Source: Burkholderiales bacterium (GTDB taxonomy: Bacteria > Pseudomonadota > Gammaproteobacteria > Burkholderiales > SG8-39). From it: a stretch of DNA of 64,000 nucleotides. The stretch covers positions 10,497 through 74,496 of the forward strand of contig DATEDA010000069.1 in NCBI GenBank assembly GCA_035286595.1, in the 5' to 3' direction. Position numbers and translations under genes: made by a program. Every line of letters starts with the position of its first letter. The stretch's first letter is position 1. A model generated the notes under the pieces. It did not search any database. It was not told the DNA's origin and saw nothing but the letters and a program-made list of their open reading frames with translations. This document shows, one piece after another, positions 29,258 through 40,041 of the stretch.

Positions 29258-32200
29258 TCAGGAAGGTCGGTCTGGCGGCGCCGCCGACTTGGCGACGGCG
29301 AGGTACGCGTAGAGCAGCCTGAGATCGAGGCCGAGCTCCCCGCGCGCGACCTCGGCCGAGTGCCGGTCCCACGCACTCTGCGCACGGTCGAGCTGGGCCG
29401 ACAGGATGTTGCCGACGAGCGAGGCCGTGAGCAGGAACTGCTTGTGGCTCGTCGAGAGCTCGCGGCCGCGCCCGAGCAGGTCGTCGGCATGGCGGGCCAT
29501 GGCCGCGTGGTCGCGCGCGCCGACCGCGCGGAAGAGCTTGACCCACGCCTGCTCCTCGGCCGCGAGCCGCCGGTAGCACGGCGCCCGCTCGAACCGCGAC
29601 CAGATCGCGTCGGCCTCGGCAGGCGGAAGCGCCGCGTTGACGGTGCGAGCCACCTGGAAGAGGGCGTGGACCCAGATGTCGGGCGTCTCGCCGCCGACGC
29701 AGTCGAGGCCGCGCATCTTCGAGAGCTCCAGGTTCTTCTCCAGCTCGGCCGGGATCCCGACCGGGAGCGGCAGCTTCTCGTCCAGATAGAAGTCGCGCGC
29801 GTACCGGGCGCGGCGCGCGAGCTCGATGCGCTCGAGGAATTCGTCGCCGTCGTACGAGAGCGGGCGCACTACCTGTCGTCGGCTCTCGAGCATGGCGATG
29901 ATCGGCACGCCTTCCGCGCCGACGCGCGTGAGCTCGCCGGCGCTGCTCTGCAGGAAGCGGTGCTTCGATGCATTGAGGTCGAGATACGGGCGGAAATCCG
30001 AGTTCGCCGGAGCGCCGTAGGAGAGAAACAGCGGGTGCAGCGAGCTCCTGCCCCCGAGTCGGCGGATGTCGAGGTCGCCGATGCGCTGCACGTGCACCTT
30101 GCGGAGCTCCGCCGCCAGGCCGGGGATCTGGAACACGTCGTGGAGCGGACGCGCGAGGGTTTCCGGGTCGCCGGCGACGATGAGGAGATCCGAGTCGGTG
30201 GCGGCGTAGATCGCGTAGTCGGGGAAGTTCTCGCCGAGCGCCTGCAGCACCGAGGCGATCAGCGGCATGTCTATTTCATACAGCTGGAACCACTGGACCA
30301 TCACGCCGCCGGGGTTGAGGTAGCGGCGGACGTGCCGGTAGAACTCGGTCGTGAACAGGCTCGATACCCCGCTCACCCACGGATTCGACGGCTCGGACAC
30401 GATGATGTCGTAGCGCTGGTTGTGAGTGGAGAAGTAGGTCTTCGCGTCGTCGAACACGATCCGGCTGCGCGGGTCGGCGAACGCGGAGGCGTTTCGCGCC
30501 GCGAACCCGCGCGCGGCTTCGGCCATCGCCGGCTCGATCTCGATCGTGTCCACACGCTCGAGGGTCGGGCTGGCGAGCATGGTGTGGGTGGTGAGCCCGG
30601 TGCCGATGCCGATAATGGCCGCGGTTTTCGCGTCGGGCTTGTGCGCGAGCGGCACCGCCGCGGTGAGCACCATCGTGACCTCGTCCGAGATGCGCGGGCC
30701 GTCCTCGAGATTGATGGCCCCGTCGGACTTGCCGTTGGTGCGCAGGGACAGGCCTTCGCGGAACTGCATCAGGCTGACCGACGTGGTCTTGCCGTCCCGA
30801 TAGAACTTGAGCTCGGCGTCGGTCGCGGAGTACAGGTCCCCGCGGCGGAACACTCCCGAGGCCATCTTGTACGGGTCGAGACTGACGGCCAGCCCCACGA
30901 CCACGAGCGCGATCAGGGCGACGACCGTCGCGCCGAAGGTGAACCCGGAGGGAAGCGGCGCCGGCGCCCCGCGGCGCTGCTGGAAGCCGCTCACCGCGAG
31001 CCGCCAGAGCAGGAGCAGGCCGAGCCCGATGTCGAGCGCCGCCCCGACGGTGATGAGCCCCTTCAGCCCGAGCAGCGGCATGCCGACGTGCGCGGCGAAC
31101 ACGACGCCCGCGATCGCCCCCAACGTGTTCGCCGCGTACACCGCGCCGATCGAGCGCTCGCCGTGACCGCGTGCGAGCAGCGCGTAGGTGATGAGCGGCA
31201 GCGTCATGCCGGCGCAGAACGTCACCGGGAACATGATCGCGAGCGCGATGCCGTGGCTCGCGAGGAGGAAGATCCCGTACCCCGCGTCGGTCTTGGCGGT
31301 GCCCTTGATCACCAGCTGCATCAGATCGAACATCGCGCCGTAGAGGGGGAGCGTGGCGAGCGCGAGGAGCCCCATCGCGATCTGCACGACGCCGAGGAAC
31401 GCGAGCGGCTCCCGCGCCCGGTCGATGCGGCGCCGCACCCAGTACCCGCCGCAGGCGAGACCGAAGATGAACGCCGAGAGCATGAGCTCGAACGAATGGG
31501 TCGCGGCGCCGAGCACGAGCGTCAGCATGCGGATCCAGCCGATCTCGTAGATGAACGACGCGGTCCCGGTCAGCGCCGCGACGACGAGCAGCAGCCGCCA
31601 CGGCGCCTCGGCGCCGCCGGTGGCGGTGCGCTCGGCGATGGTGGCCGCCGCGACTCGCCCGGGCTCCGGGTCGCGACCGGGCGCGACCAGCCACACGATC
31701 ACCGCGAGCGCGAGGTTCAGCGCCCCGGCAACCTGGATCGTGCCCGGCAGCCCGAGCTTGTCGATCAGCACGAAGCCGCTCGCCAGCACGCCGAGGGCGG
31801 CGCCGAAGCTGTTGGTGAAGTACAGCATCGCGAGCGCCTCGCCCGGCCGCTCGGGATGGCGGCGGAGGAGCCCCGCGCTCATGAGCGGGAAGGTCAGCCC
31901 GAGGAGGACCGACTGCGGCAGGATGAGCGCCGCGGCGAGCGACCACTTGACGAGCGCCGCAGCGGTGTCGGAGCCGAGCGCCGGCAGGATCGACCCGTAC
32001 GCGGCGTCGGTCGTGGCGACGAACAGCGGATGGAAGGCGATCGCCGCGAGCCCGATCACCGCTTCCACGATCGCGTAGCTGCGCAGCAGGTTCCGCCAGC
32101 GCGCGGACAGGCGGCTCGCGAGCCACGCGCCGAGCGCCATGCCGCCCATGAACAGTGCGAGCACGAGCGTCTGCGCGTACGCGGCGTGGCCGAGGAAGAG

Positions 32201-32323
32201 CTTGAGGTAGTGGCTCCAGATCGACTCGTAGACGAGGCCCGCGAAACCGGAGATCGTGAACAGCAGGAATAGCAGGCTCCGGCGGTACGCGGGCCTTGCC
32301 GCAGGCGGTGGTGCGGGGGTCAC
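29258..32323 (-). CDS. Fused polytopic membrane domain / spermidine-synthase-like domain protein with an extra C-terminal helical domain
   Basis: 1021 aa. About 480 aa of TM helices (FTISGFAGLVYESIWSHYL), then a SpeE-like Rossmann region (IIGIGTGLTT...DIIVSEPSNPWVSG...GGVMVQW), then about 280 aa I do not recognise. The GTG start overlaps the upstream stop as GTGA. Confidence 0.85.
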   Translation of the reverse strand: MTPAPPPAARPAYRRSLLFLLFTISGFAGLVYESIWSHYLKLFLGHAAYAQTLVLALFMGGMALGAWLASRLSARWRNLLRSYAIVEAVIGLAAIAFHPLFVATTDAAYGSILPALGSDTAAALVKWSLAAALILPQSVLLGLTFPLMSAGLLRRHPERPGEALAMLYFTNSFGAALGVLASGFVLIDKLGLPGTIQVAGALNLALAVIVWLVAPGRDPEPGRVAAATIAERTATGGAEAPWRLLLVVAALTGTASFIYEIGWIRMLTLVLGAATHSFELMLSAFIFGLACGGYWVRRRIDRAREPLAFLGVVQIAMGLLALATLPLYGAMFDLMQLVIKGTAKTDAGYGIFLLASHGIALAIMFPVTFCAGMTLPLITYALLARGHGERSIGAVYAANTLGAIAGVVFAAHVGMPLLGLKGLITVGAALDIGLGLLLLWRLAVSGFQQRRGAPAPLPSGFTFGATVVALIALVVVGLAVSLDPYKMASGVFRRGDLYSATDAELKFYRDGKTTSVSLMQFREGLSLRTNGKSDGAINLEDGPRISDEVTMVLTAAVPLAHKPDAKTAAIIGIGTGLTTHTMLASPTLERVDTIEIEPAMAEAARGFAARNASAFADPRSRIVFDDAKTYFSTHNQRYDIIVSEPSNPWVSGVSSLFTTEFYRHVRRYLNPGGVMVQWFQLYEIDMPLIASVLQALGENFPDYAIYAATDSDLLIVAGDPETLARPLHDVFQIPGLAAELRKVHVQRIGDLDIRRLGGRSSLHPLFLSYGAPANSDFRPYLDLNASKHRFLQSSAGELTRVGAEGVPIIAMLESRRQVVRPLSYDGDEFLERIELARRARYARDFYLDEKLPLPVGIPAELEKNLELSKMRGLDCVGGETPDIWVHALFQVARTVNAALPPAEADAIWSRFERAPCYRRLAAEEQAWVKLFRAVGARDHAAMARHADDLLGRGRELSTSHKQFLLTASLVGNILSAQLDRAQSAWDRHSAEVARGELGLDLRLLYAYLAVAKSAAPPDRPS

Positions 32324-33384
32324 GGCTGCGGCGCGTCAGTGGGCGTCGCGGCGGCGATCCATCGGCGGGTCAGGCTGTAGCCGACTGCGAGCAGCGTCGG
32401 GCCCAGAAAGACGCCGATGAAGCCGAACGCGAGCACGCCGCCAAAGACCCCGAGCAGCACCAGCACGAACGGCATCGCCGCGCCGCGGCTGATCAGCAGC
32501 GGCTTGACGAAGTTGTCGATGCTGCTGACCACGAGCGCGCCCCAGACGAGCATGAACACCCCCCACGCGATCTCGTCCTGCAAGAACAGCCAGATCGCCG
32601 CGCCGCCCCAGACGATTGGCGGGCCGATCGGCACCGGCGACAGGAGGAAGGTCGCGGCACCGAGGAGGAGCGACGAGGGCACCCCCGCGATCCACAGGCC
32701 GAGCGCGGCGACCACGCCCTGCGCGAGCGCGGTGCCGACGATCCCGTACATCACGCCGACGACGGTGTTGTTGATCGTCTCGACCATGCTGTTCCCGAGG
32801 TTGCCCGCGAGCCGGGTGGCGATCGCGCGGAGCGTCGCCATCAGCGCCTCGCCATCGCGATAGAGGAAGAAGCCGATGAACACCGCCAGCGTGAGTTGCA
32901 GGATCCCCTCGCCGAGCACCTTCCCGACCGCGACGAGGAACGCCTGCGCGGGTTGGGCGAAGCGTCGCAGCAGCGCGAGCGCCTCGTCGCGGCTCGCGGC
33001 GAGGCGCTGCCAGTAATCGTCGAGCTGCTCGCCGACGTACGGCAGTCCGATCAGCCAGGCCGGCGGTTCGGGCGGTCCCGCAGCGAAGGCCTCCTTGACC
33101 CACTCGACCAGGCGCGGCACGTCGTCGACGAGCGACCCGACGAGCAGCACGAACGGGATGAGCCCGATCAGCACGAGCAGCAGTGTCATCAGGCTCGCCG
33201 CGAGCGTCGAGCGTCCGCCGACCTTCCTGCGGATCCAGACGTAGAGTGGCCAGGTGCAGGCGGCCACCGACGCGGCGAACAGCGTGGCGGGGAGGAACGG
33301 CTGCAGGACGACATAGCAGCCGACGACGAGGATCGCGACGGCGGCGATCTGCGCGAGCTGCTCGATGCGGCTGCGTTCCAGCAT
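32320..33384 (-). CDS. AI-2E family transporter (PerM/YhhT-like)
   Basis: 354 aa, polytopic, with FLLSPVPIGPPIVWG and SIDNFVKPLLISR motifs typical of the family. Confidence 0.9.
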   Translation of the reverse strand: MLERSRIEQLAQIAAVAILVVGCYVVLQPFLPATLFAASVAACTWPLYVWIRRKVGGRSTLAASLMTLLLVLIGLIPFVLLVGSLVDDVPRLVEWVKEAFAAGPPEPPAWLIGLPYVGEQLDDYWQRLAASRDEALALLRRFAQPAQAFLVAVGKVLGEGILQLTLAVFIGFFLYRDGEALMATLRAIATRLAGNLGNSMVETINNTVVGVMYGIVGTALAQGVVAALGLWIAGVPSSLLLGAATFLLSPVPIGPPIVWGGAAIWLFLQDEIAWGVFMLVWGALVVSSIDNFVKPLLISRGAAMPFVLVLLGVFGGVLAFGFIGVFLGPTLLAVGYSLTRRWIAAATPTDAPQP

Positions 33385-33435
33385 GAGGTCTACGGTAGAG
33401 TGGCCGGGAGTTTAGCGGAGCACGCGTGACGGCGC

Positions 33436-34662
33436 GTGAGAGAATCGCGCGAGCTCCGCATCGCATCACGCGCCGTGCCCGTCGCCGTCCCCATCCCTTA
33501 CCGCCGGCTCGCCGGGATCTACTTCGCCTATTTCGCGTTCGTCGGCGCCTTCGCGCCGTACTTCGGCCTGTACCTGCAGTCGATCGGGCAGGCGGCGTGG
33601 CAGATCGGGCTGCTGCTGTCGCTCATGCAGCTGATGCGGATCGCCGCGCCGTATTTCTGGGCGTCGCTCGCCGACCGGCACGGCTGGCGCGCGCGGCTGC
33701 TGCAGGGGACGCTCGCCGCGGGGCTCGCGGCCTACGCCGGCGTGTTCGCGACGACCGAGTTCGCCGGGCTCTTCGTCGCGCTCGCGGGCTTCGCGTTCTT
33801 CTCGAGCGCGACGATGCCGCTCGTCGAGGCGATCACGCTCGCCGGGCTCAACGGCCGCATCGAGCGGTACGGCGGGATCCGGCTCTGGGGCTCGGTCGGC
33901 TTCATCGTCGCGGTGCTCGGCGCCGGCTGGGTGCTCGACCGCGTGGCGATCGCCAACCTGTTGTGGATGCTTGCCGTCGCGCTGGCGGCGACGCTCGCGC
34001 TCGCGTGCTCGTTGCGCGATCGTGCGACGCTCGCGCCGCTGGCGCACGAACCGGTCTGGCGGCAGGCGCTGCGCCCCGAGATCGTGGCTTTGCTCGTCGC
34101 GAACGTGCTCATGAACGTCGCGCACGGGCCACTTTACGCGTTCTACAGCATCTACCTTGCGGAGGTCGGCTACAGCCGGTCCGCGATCGGCCTGCTGTGG
34201 TCGCTGGGCGTCGTAGCGGAGATCGGGGTGTTCCTCGCGGCCCCGGTCTGGATGAAGCGTTTCGCCCCACCCGACGTCCTTGTCGGATGCTTCGCGCTCG
34301 CCGTCGTACGGTTCGCCCTGATCGGCTGGGGCGTTGCGAGCGTGCCGCTGCTCGTGGTCGCGCAGGTGCTGCACGCCGCGACGTTCGGCGCGTGCCACAT
34401 GGCCTCGCTTGCCCTCGTGAACCGGTGGTTCACCGGCCCCCGCCAGGTCCGCGGACAAGCTCTGTATCTCTCGATCTCATTCGGGCTCGGCGGTTTCATC
34501 GGCGCCGCGGCCAGCGGGGCGGCGTGGGACGGGATCGGCCCGGCGTGGACGTTCACCGGGGCGAGCGCGGCGGCCGCGGCCGGCTTGCTCGTTCTGGTGC
34601 GACAGGCGAAACTGCTGCGGCGTGCGTCCGGTCGAACGATCGACGCGGCGACGCCGTCCTAG
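33436..34662 (+). CDS. MFS transporter (HcaT/PPP-like subfamily)
   Basis: 408 aa, 12 TM segments, N-terminus YFAYFAFVGAFAPYFGLYL. Substrate unknown. Confidence 0.8.
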   Translation: MRESRELRIASRAVPVAVPIPYRRLAGIYFAYFAFVGAFAPYFGLYLQSIGQAAWQIGLLLSLMQLMRIAAPYFWASLADRHGWRARLLQGTLAAGLAAYAGVFATTEFAGLFVALAGFAFFSSATMPLVEAITLAGLNGRIERYGGIRLWGSVGFIVAVLGAGWVLDRVAIANLLWMLAVALAATLALACSLRDRATLAPLAHEPVWRQALRPEIVALLVANVLMNVAHGPLYAFYSIYLAEVGYSRSAIGLLWSLGVVAEIGVFLAAPVWMKRFAPPDVLVGCFALAVVRFALIGWGVASVPLLVVAQVLHAATFGACHMASLALVNRWFTGPRQVRGQALYLSISFGLGGFIGAAASGAAWDGIGPAWTFTGASAAAAAGLLVLVRQAKLLRRASGRTIDAATPS

Positions 34663-34681
34663 CCGCAACCGGAGGTTGCTC

Positions 34682-35497
34682 GTGTTTCCTCGATTTCTCA
34701 AGGTCTTGGTCGTCGGCGCCGCGCTCCTTGCGGTCACCGGCTGCGCGCAGACCACGCAATCGGGCGCGGTCGGCGTCGACCGGCAGCAGGCGTTGCTCGT
34801 CTCGTCGAAGCAGGTGGACCAGGCGGCGGCGCAGCAATACGCCAAGATGATCGGCGAGGCGCAGAAGAAGGGCCTGCTCGACCACGATCCCGCGCAGGTG
34901 CAGCGAGTGCGGACGATCGCGACCCGGCTCATCGCGCAGACCGGGGTGTTCCGCCAGGATGCGTCCGGCTGGAAGTGGGAGACGCACGTGATCACCTCGA
35001 AGGAGCTCAACGCCTGGTGCATGCCGGGCGGCAAGATGGCCGTCTACACCGGCCTGATCGAGCAGCTGAAGCTCTCCGACGCCGAGCTCGCGGCGATCAT
35101 GGGCCACGAGATCGCGCACGCGCTGCGCGAGCACGGCCGCGAGCGGGTCTCGCAGCAGCTCGCCACCGGGGTCGCGGTCGGCGTCGCGAGCGCGGTCCTC
35201 GGGCTGGGCCAGGGCGGCACGCAGCTCGCGGACATGGTCGCCCAGGTGACCTTCACGCTGCCCAACTCGCGGCTGCACGAGCAGGAGGCGGACCGGATCG
35301 GCGTGGAGCTCGCCGCGCGGGCCGGCTACGATCCGCGCGCCGCGGTCAACGTGTGGAAGAAGATGGCGCAGGCCGGCGGCGGCGCGCCGCCGGAGATCCT
35401 GTCGACGCATCCCTCGCCGGAGAGCCGGATCAAGGACCTCGAGGTGTACTCGGAACGGGTGATGCCGCTCTATCAGGCCGCCCGGCGGGGCGGCTGA
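34682..35497 (+). CDS. M48 family metallopeptidase lipoprotein (BepA/YcaL-like)
   Basis: Frame of ORF 34622..35497. I prefer GTG 34682, preceded by GGAGG plus 6 nt. Lipobox LLAVTGC. Zinc motif HEIAHALREH. Downstream ESRIKDL. Confidence 0.85.
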   Translation: MFPRFLKVLVVGAALLAVTGCAQTTQSGAVGVDRQQALLVSSKQVDQAAAQQYAKMIGEAQKKGLLDHDPAQVQRVRTIATRLIAQTGVFRQDASGWKWETHVITSKELNAWCMPGGKMAVYTGLIEQLKLSDAELAAIMGHEIAHALREHGRERVSQQLATGVAVGVASAVLGLGQGGTQLADMVAQVTFTLPNSRLHEQEADRIGVELAARAGYDPRAAVNVWKKMAQAGGGAPPEILSTHPSPESRIKDLEVYSERVMPLYQAARRGG

Positions 35498-35566
35498 GCG
35501 CGCTCACCGAATCACGCTGCGTTGCACAATCCCCTGGCGCACTCCGGGGCGGGGGGGTGGTTCCGC

Positions 35567-35572
35567 TATAAT
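35567..35572 (+). promoter_or_regulatory. Perfect -10 hexamer TATAAT upstream of leuC
   Basis: ccgcTATAATttgcag lies 24 nt before the leuC ATG. There is no convincing -35. Confidence 0.3.
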
Positions 35573-35595
35573 TTGCAGTTCTTCAGGCCGCGACC

Positions 35596-37005
35596 ATGGC
35601 ACCGCAGACCCTCTACGACAAGCTTTGGGCGAGCCACACCGTCCACGCCGAGGACGACGGCACGACGCTGCTCTACATCGACCGGCACCTCGTCCACGAA
35701 GTGACGAGTGCCCAGGCGTTCGAAGGCCTGCGGCTCGCCGGTCGCAAGGTGTGGCGCCCGGGATCGATCGTCGCCACCGCGGACCACAACACGCCAACGA
35801 AGGACTGGGACCAGGGGATCGCCGATCCGACCTCGCGCGTCCAGGTGGACGCGCTCGACGCGAACCTGCGCGACCTCGGCGCGAAGGCCTACTTTCCGTT
35901 TCGCGACCGCAACCAGGGCATCGTCCACGTGATCGGTCCCGAGCAGGGCGCGACGCTGCCCGGCATGACGGTCGTCTGCGGCGACAGCCACACGAGCACC
36001 CACGGCGCGTTCGCCTGCCTCGCTCACGGAATCGGCACGTCCGAAGTCGAGCACGTGTTCGCTACCCAGTGCCTGCTGACCAAGAAGTCGCGCAACCTGC
36101 TGGTGCTCGTCGAGGGACGGCTGCCGCGGGGCGTCACTGCGAAGGACGTGGCGCTCGCGATCATCGGCCGGATCGGCATCGCCGGCGGCACGGGCTACGC
36201 GATCGAGTACGGCGGCAGCGCGGTGCGAAGCCTGTCGATGGAAGGCCGGATGACCGTCTGCAACATGTCGATCGAGGCCGGTGCGCGCTGCGGCGTGGTC
36301 GCCGTCGACGAGGTGACCGTCGAGTACCTGAAGGGGCGGCGGTTCGCCCCGAAGGGCGAGCTGTGGGCGCGTGCCGTGGCGCATTGGCGCACGCTCCGGA
36401 GCGACGACGGCGCACGCTTCGACCGGGTAGTGACCATGGAGGCGCGCGAGCTCAAGCCGCAGGTGAGCTGGGGCACGTCGCCCGAGATGGTGGTGTCGAT
36501 CGACGGTCGCGTGCCGGACCCCGACAAGGAGAAGGATCCGACCCGGCGCTCGGGGATCGAGCGCGCGCTCGGGTACATGGCGCTCGAGCCGAACACGCCG
36601 ATGACCGACATCCGGATCGACAAGGTGTTCATCGGGTCCTGCACCAACTCGCGCATCGAGGACCTGCGGGCCGCCGCGGGCGTGGTGCGCGGCCGGCGCA
36701 TCGCGTCGAACGTCAGGCTCGCGCTGGTCGTCCCCGGCTCGGGACCGGTGAAACAGCAGGCCGAGCGCGAGGGGCTCGACCGCATCTTCAAGGATGCCGG
36801 GTTCGAGTGGCGCGAGCCGGGGTGCTCGATGTGCCTCGGGATGAACGACGACCGGCTGTCCCCGGGCGAGCGCTGCGCATCGACCTCCAACCGCAACTTC
36901 GAAGGGCGCCAGGGCCCCGGCGGGCGCACCCACCTCGTGAGCCCGGAAATGGCGGCCGCGGCGGCGATCGCGGGACATTTCGTCGACGTGAGGTCGTGGA
37001 GCTGA
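35596..37005 (+). CDS. leuC: 3-isopropylmalate dehydratase large subunit
   Basis: 469 aa with [27 protein letters not shown] and [13 protein letters not shown]. Confidence 0.97.
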   Translation: MAPQTLYDKLWASHTVHAEDDGTTLLYIDRHLVHEVTSAQAFEGLRLAGRKVWRPGSIVATADHNTPTKDWDQGIADPTSRVQVDALDANLRDLGAKAYFPFRDRNQGIVHVIGPEQGATLPGMTVVCGDSHTSTHGAFACLAHGIGTSEVEHVFATQCLLTKKSRNLLVLVEGRLPRGVTAKDVALAIIGRIGIAGGTGYAIEYGGSAVRSLSMEGRMTVCNMSIEAGARCGVVAVDEVTVEYLKGRRFAPKGELWARAVAHWRTLRSDDGARFDRVVTMEARELKPQVSWGTSPEMVVSIDGRVPDPDKEKDPTRRSGIERALGYMALEPNTPMTDIRIDKVFIGSCTNSRIEDLRAAAGVVRGRRIASNVRLALVVPGSGPVKQQAEREGLDRIFKDAGFEWREPGCSMCLGMNDDRLSPGERCASTSNRNFEGRQGPGGRTHLVSPEMAAAAAIAGHFVDVRSWS

Positions 37006-37009
37006 GCCG

Positions 37010-37651
37010 ATGGAGAAGTTCACGGTCCTGAACGGCATCGTCGCGCCTCTCGACCGGGCCAACGTCGACACCGACGTGATCATCCCGAAGCAGTTCCTGA
37101 AGTCGATCAACCGCTCGGGCTTCGGGCCAAACCTGTTCGACTCGTGGCGCTATCTCGACATCGGCGAGCCCGGAACGGACCCCGCACGGCGGGTGCCGAA
37201 CGCCGACTTCGTGCTGAATCACCCGCGGTACAAGGGCGCGACCATCCTGCTCGCGCGCCAGAACTTCGGCTGCGGCTCCTCGCGCGAGCACGCCCCGTGG
37301 GCGATGCTCGACTTCGGGTTCCGCACGGTCATTGCGCCGTCGTACGGCGACATCTTCTTCAACAACTGCTTCAAGAACGGTCTGCTTCCCGTCGTGCTGC
37401 AGGAGTCGGAGGTCGACCGCCTGTTCCACGACGTCGCGGCCTTCCCGGGGTTCCGGCTGACGGTCGACCTCGCCCAGCAGACGGTCGCCTACGCGGACGG
37501 CAGCCGGGCGTTCCGGTTCGAGGTCGACCCGTACCGCAAGTACTGCCTGCTGAACGGGCTCGACGAGATCGGGCTCACCCTGCGGCACGCGGACAAGATT
37601 CGCGACTTCGAGGAACGCCGCAAGGCCGAGCAGCCCTGGCTGTTCGGCTGA
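37010..37651 (+). CDS. leuD: 3-isopropylmalate dehydratase small subunit
   Basis: 213 aa with [14 protein letters not shown] and [14 protein letters not shown]. Confidence 0.97.
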   Translation: MEKFTVLNGIVAPLDRANVDTDVIIPKQFLKSINRSGFGPNLFDSWRYLDIGEPGTDPARRVPNADFVLNHPRYKGATILLARQNFGCGSSREHAPWAMLDFGFRTVIAPSYGDIFFNNCFKNGLLPVVLQESEVDRLFHDVAAFPGFRLTVDLAQQTVAYADGSRAFRFEVDPYRKYCLLNGLDEIGLTLRHADKIRDFEERRKAEQPWLFG

Positions 37652-37654
37652 CCG

Positions 37655-38716
37655 ATGAAGATCGCGGTTCTCCCGGGCGACGGCATCGGTCCCGAGATCG
37701 TCGCCCAGGCGGTCAAGGTGCTGAAGGCGCTCGCCCTGACGGGCCTCGAGCTCGAGGAGGCGCCGGTCGGCGGCGCCGGCTTCGACGCTGCCGGCGATCC
37801 GCTCCCCGCGCCGACGCTCGCCCTCGCCAAGACGGCCGACGCGATCCTGTTTGGCTCGGTCGGCGGGCCGCGGTACGACCAGCTCCCGCGCGCCAAGCGC
37901 CCCGAGCAGGCGCTGCTCCGCCTGCGAAAGGAGCTGGGGTTGTTCGCCAACCTGCGCCCGGCGACGATCTATCCCGAGCTCGCCGGGGCTTCGACCCTCA
38001 AGCCCGAGGTCGTCGCCGGGCTCGATCTCCTGATCTTGCGCGAGCTCACCGGCGACATCTACTTCGGCCAGCCGCGCGGCATCCGCACGCGCGAGGATGG
38101 CGAGCGTGAGGGCTTCGACACCATGCGGTACTCCGAGTCGGAGATCCGGCGCATCGCGCACGCGGCTTTCAGCGCCGCGCAGAAGCGCCGGCGGAAGCTC
38201 TGCTCGGTGGACAAGGCGAACGTGCTCGAGACCTCGCAGCTGTGGCGCGAGGTCGTCACGGCGGTGGCCAAGGACTACCCGGACGTCGAGCTGTCGCACA
38301 TGTACGTCGACAACGCCGCGATGCAGCTGCTGCGGCAGCCGAAGCAGTTCGACGTGATCGTCACCGGCAACATGTTTGGCGATATCCTGTCCGACGAGGC
38401 GTCGATGCTGACCGGCTCGATCGGCATGTTGCCCTCGGCCTCGCTCGACGCGCGCGGCAAGGGGCTGTACGAGCCGATTCACGGGTCGGCCCCGGACATC
38501 GCCGGAAAGGACGTTGCCAATCCGCTCGCGACGATCCTGTCGGCGGCGATGATGCTGCGTTACAGCTTGAATCATGACGCCGCCGCGCAGCGCGTGGAGG
38601 GCGCGGTGCGCAAGGTGCTCGCCGGGGGCCTGCGGACCGTGGACATCCACGAGCCGGGGACGACGCGGGTGGGTACGACGGCAATGGGCGACGCGGTGGT
38701 CGCGGCGCTCGGGTAG
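37655..38716 (+). CDS. leuB: 3-isopropylmalate dehydrogenase
   Basis: 353 aa with [31 protein letters not shown]-like ([11 protein letters not shown]) and [25 protein letters not shown]. Confidence 0.97.
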   Translation: MKIAVLPGDGIGPEIVAQAVKVLKALALTGLELEEAPVGGAGFDAAGDPLPAPTLALAKTADAILFGSVGGPRYDQLPRAKRPEQALLRLRKELGLFANLRPATIYPELAGASTLKPEVVAGLDLLILRELTGDIYFGQPRGIRTREDGEREGFDTMRYSESEIRRIAHAAFSAAQKRRRKLCSVDKANVLETSQLWREVVTAVAKDYPDVELSHMYVDNAAMQLLRQPKQFDVIVTGNMFGDILSDEASMLTGSIGMLPSASLDARGKGLYEPIHGSAPDIAGKDVANPLATILSAAMMLRYSLNHDAAAQRVEGAVRKVLAGGLRTVDIHEPGTTRVGTTAMGDAVVAALG

Positions 38717-38738
38717 GTCGACAAGGGGCGGGACGAAG

Positions 38739-39896
38739 ATGAGACGAGTCGGGTTCGTGGGCTGGCGCGGCATGGTCGGCTCGGTGCTGATCCAGCGCAT
38801 GCGCGAAGAGCGCGACTTCGACCACATCGACCCGGCGTTCTTCACCACGTCGAACGTCGGGGGCCAAGGGCCGGACATCGGCCGCGCGACCGGCGCGCTC
38901 GGGGACGCGCGCTCGATCGAGGCGCTGAAAGCGCTGGATGTCGTCGTCACCTGTCAGGGCAGCGACTACACGAACGAGGTGTACCCGAAGCTCCGCGCCG
39001 CGGGCTGGACCGGATACTGGATCGACGCGGCTTCGGCGCTGCGCATGAACGCCGACGCCATCATCATCCTCGACCCGGTGAACAGCGACGTCATCCAGGA
39101 CGCTCTGGCCCGGGGCATCAGGAACTACATCGGGGGGAACTGCACCGTGAGCCTGATGCTGATGGGGCTCCACGGGCTGTTCAAGCACGGTCTGGTGGAG
39201 TGGCTGACCGCGATGACGTATCAGGCGGCCTCGGGCGCCGGGGCGCAACACATGCGCGAGTTGCTCGCGCAGATGGGTGCCGTGCACCGCGCGGCCGCGG
39301 ACCTGCTTGCGGATCCGGCCTCCGCGATCCTCGAGATCGACCGTCGCGTCGCCGACGCGCTGCGATCGGAGCGGCTGCCGAAGGGCGAGTTCGGCGCGCC
39401 GCTCGCCGGGAGCCTGCTCGCGTGGATCGACAAGGACCTCGGCAACGGCCAGAGCCGCGAGGAGTGGAAGGCGCAGGCCGAGGGCAACAAGATCCTCGGC
39501 CGCGCCGCGAACCCGATCCCGATGGACGGGGTGTGCGTGCGGATCGGCGCGATGCGCTGTCACAGCCAGGCGGTCACGATCAAGCTCACGCGCGACGTGC
39601 CGCTCGACGAGATCCATGCGCTGCTCGCCGCAGCGAACCCCTGGGTGCGGGTCGTACCCAACGAGCGTGACGCGAGCCTGCGCGAGCTCTCGCCGGCGGC
39701 GGTGACGGGCTCGATGCACGTGCCCGTCGGGCGGCTGCGCAAGCTGGCGATGGGGCCGCAGTACCTGGCCGCATTCACCGTCGGCGACCAGCTTCTGTGG
39801 GGCGCGGCGGAACCGTTGCGGCGTATGCTTGAGATCCTTCGTGAGCACGCGGAACCCCGCTCGCGTGGCCCGGCGCGGACGCGGGCGACCGCCTGA
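38739..39896 (+). CDS. asd: Aspartate-semialdehyde dehydrogenase
   Basis: ATG 38739 within ORF 38574..39896. Motifs [24 protein letters not shown] and [13 protein letters not shown]. It has a short C-terminal extension. Confidence 0.95.
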   Translation: MRRVGFVGWRGMVGSVLIQRMREERDFDHIDPAFFTTSNVGGQGPDIGRATGALGDARSIEALKALDVVVTCQGSDYTNEVYPKLRAAGWTGYWIDAASALRMNADAIIILDPVNSDVIQDALARGIRNYIGGNCTVSLMLMGLHGLFKHGLVEWLTAMTYQAASGAGAQHMRELLAQMGAVHRAAADLLADPASAILEIDRRVADALRSERLPKGEFGAPLAGSLLAWIDKDLGNGQSREEWKAQAEGNKILGRAANPIPMDGVCVRIGAMRCHSQAVTIKLTRDVPLDEIHALLAAANPWVRVVPNERDASLRELSPAAVTGSMHVPVGRLRKLAMGPQYLAAFTVGDQLLWGAAEPLRRMLEILREHAEPRSRGPARTRATA

Positions 39897-40041
39897 TCGC
39901 GGTTCGTTTGGAGGCCTGGGTTTTCGTGCAGTATTTGGAGTCGGCACGGTCCGCGGTGGGGCGCGAAATGACTGCGCAATAGTTGGCTTGGAAGCGATTT
40001 TGAGGAGGTGGATTAGCTTGCATGGCTAAACCCCTGATGCT

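Noticed and set aside
29255-29260. Abutting stop codons of the convergent aroC (TAG) and the 1021-aa gene (TGA on the minus strand) with zero intergenic bases
   Set aside because: This is real but probably just genome compaction. It leaves no space for a terminator, which I note under the fusion-protein finding and not as a separate system.
29360-32272. A 970-aa plus-strand ORF opposite the membrane/SpeE-like fusion gene
   Set aside because: It is an antisense shadow with an extremely R/E/D/G-rich translation. The minus-strand frame has coherent TM helices and a Rossmann motif.
35498-35595. Possible leucine leader-peptide attenuator upstream of leuC
   Set aside because: The 98-nt gap contains no short ORF with a Leu-codon run and no terminator hairpin. 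Only a TATAAT hexamer is notable.
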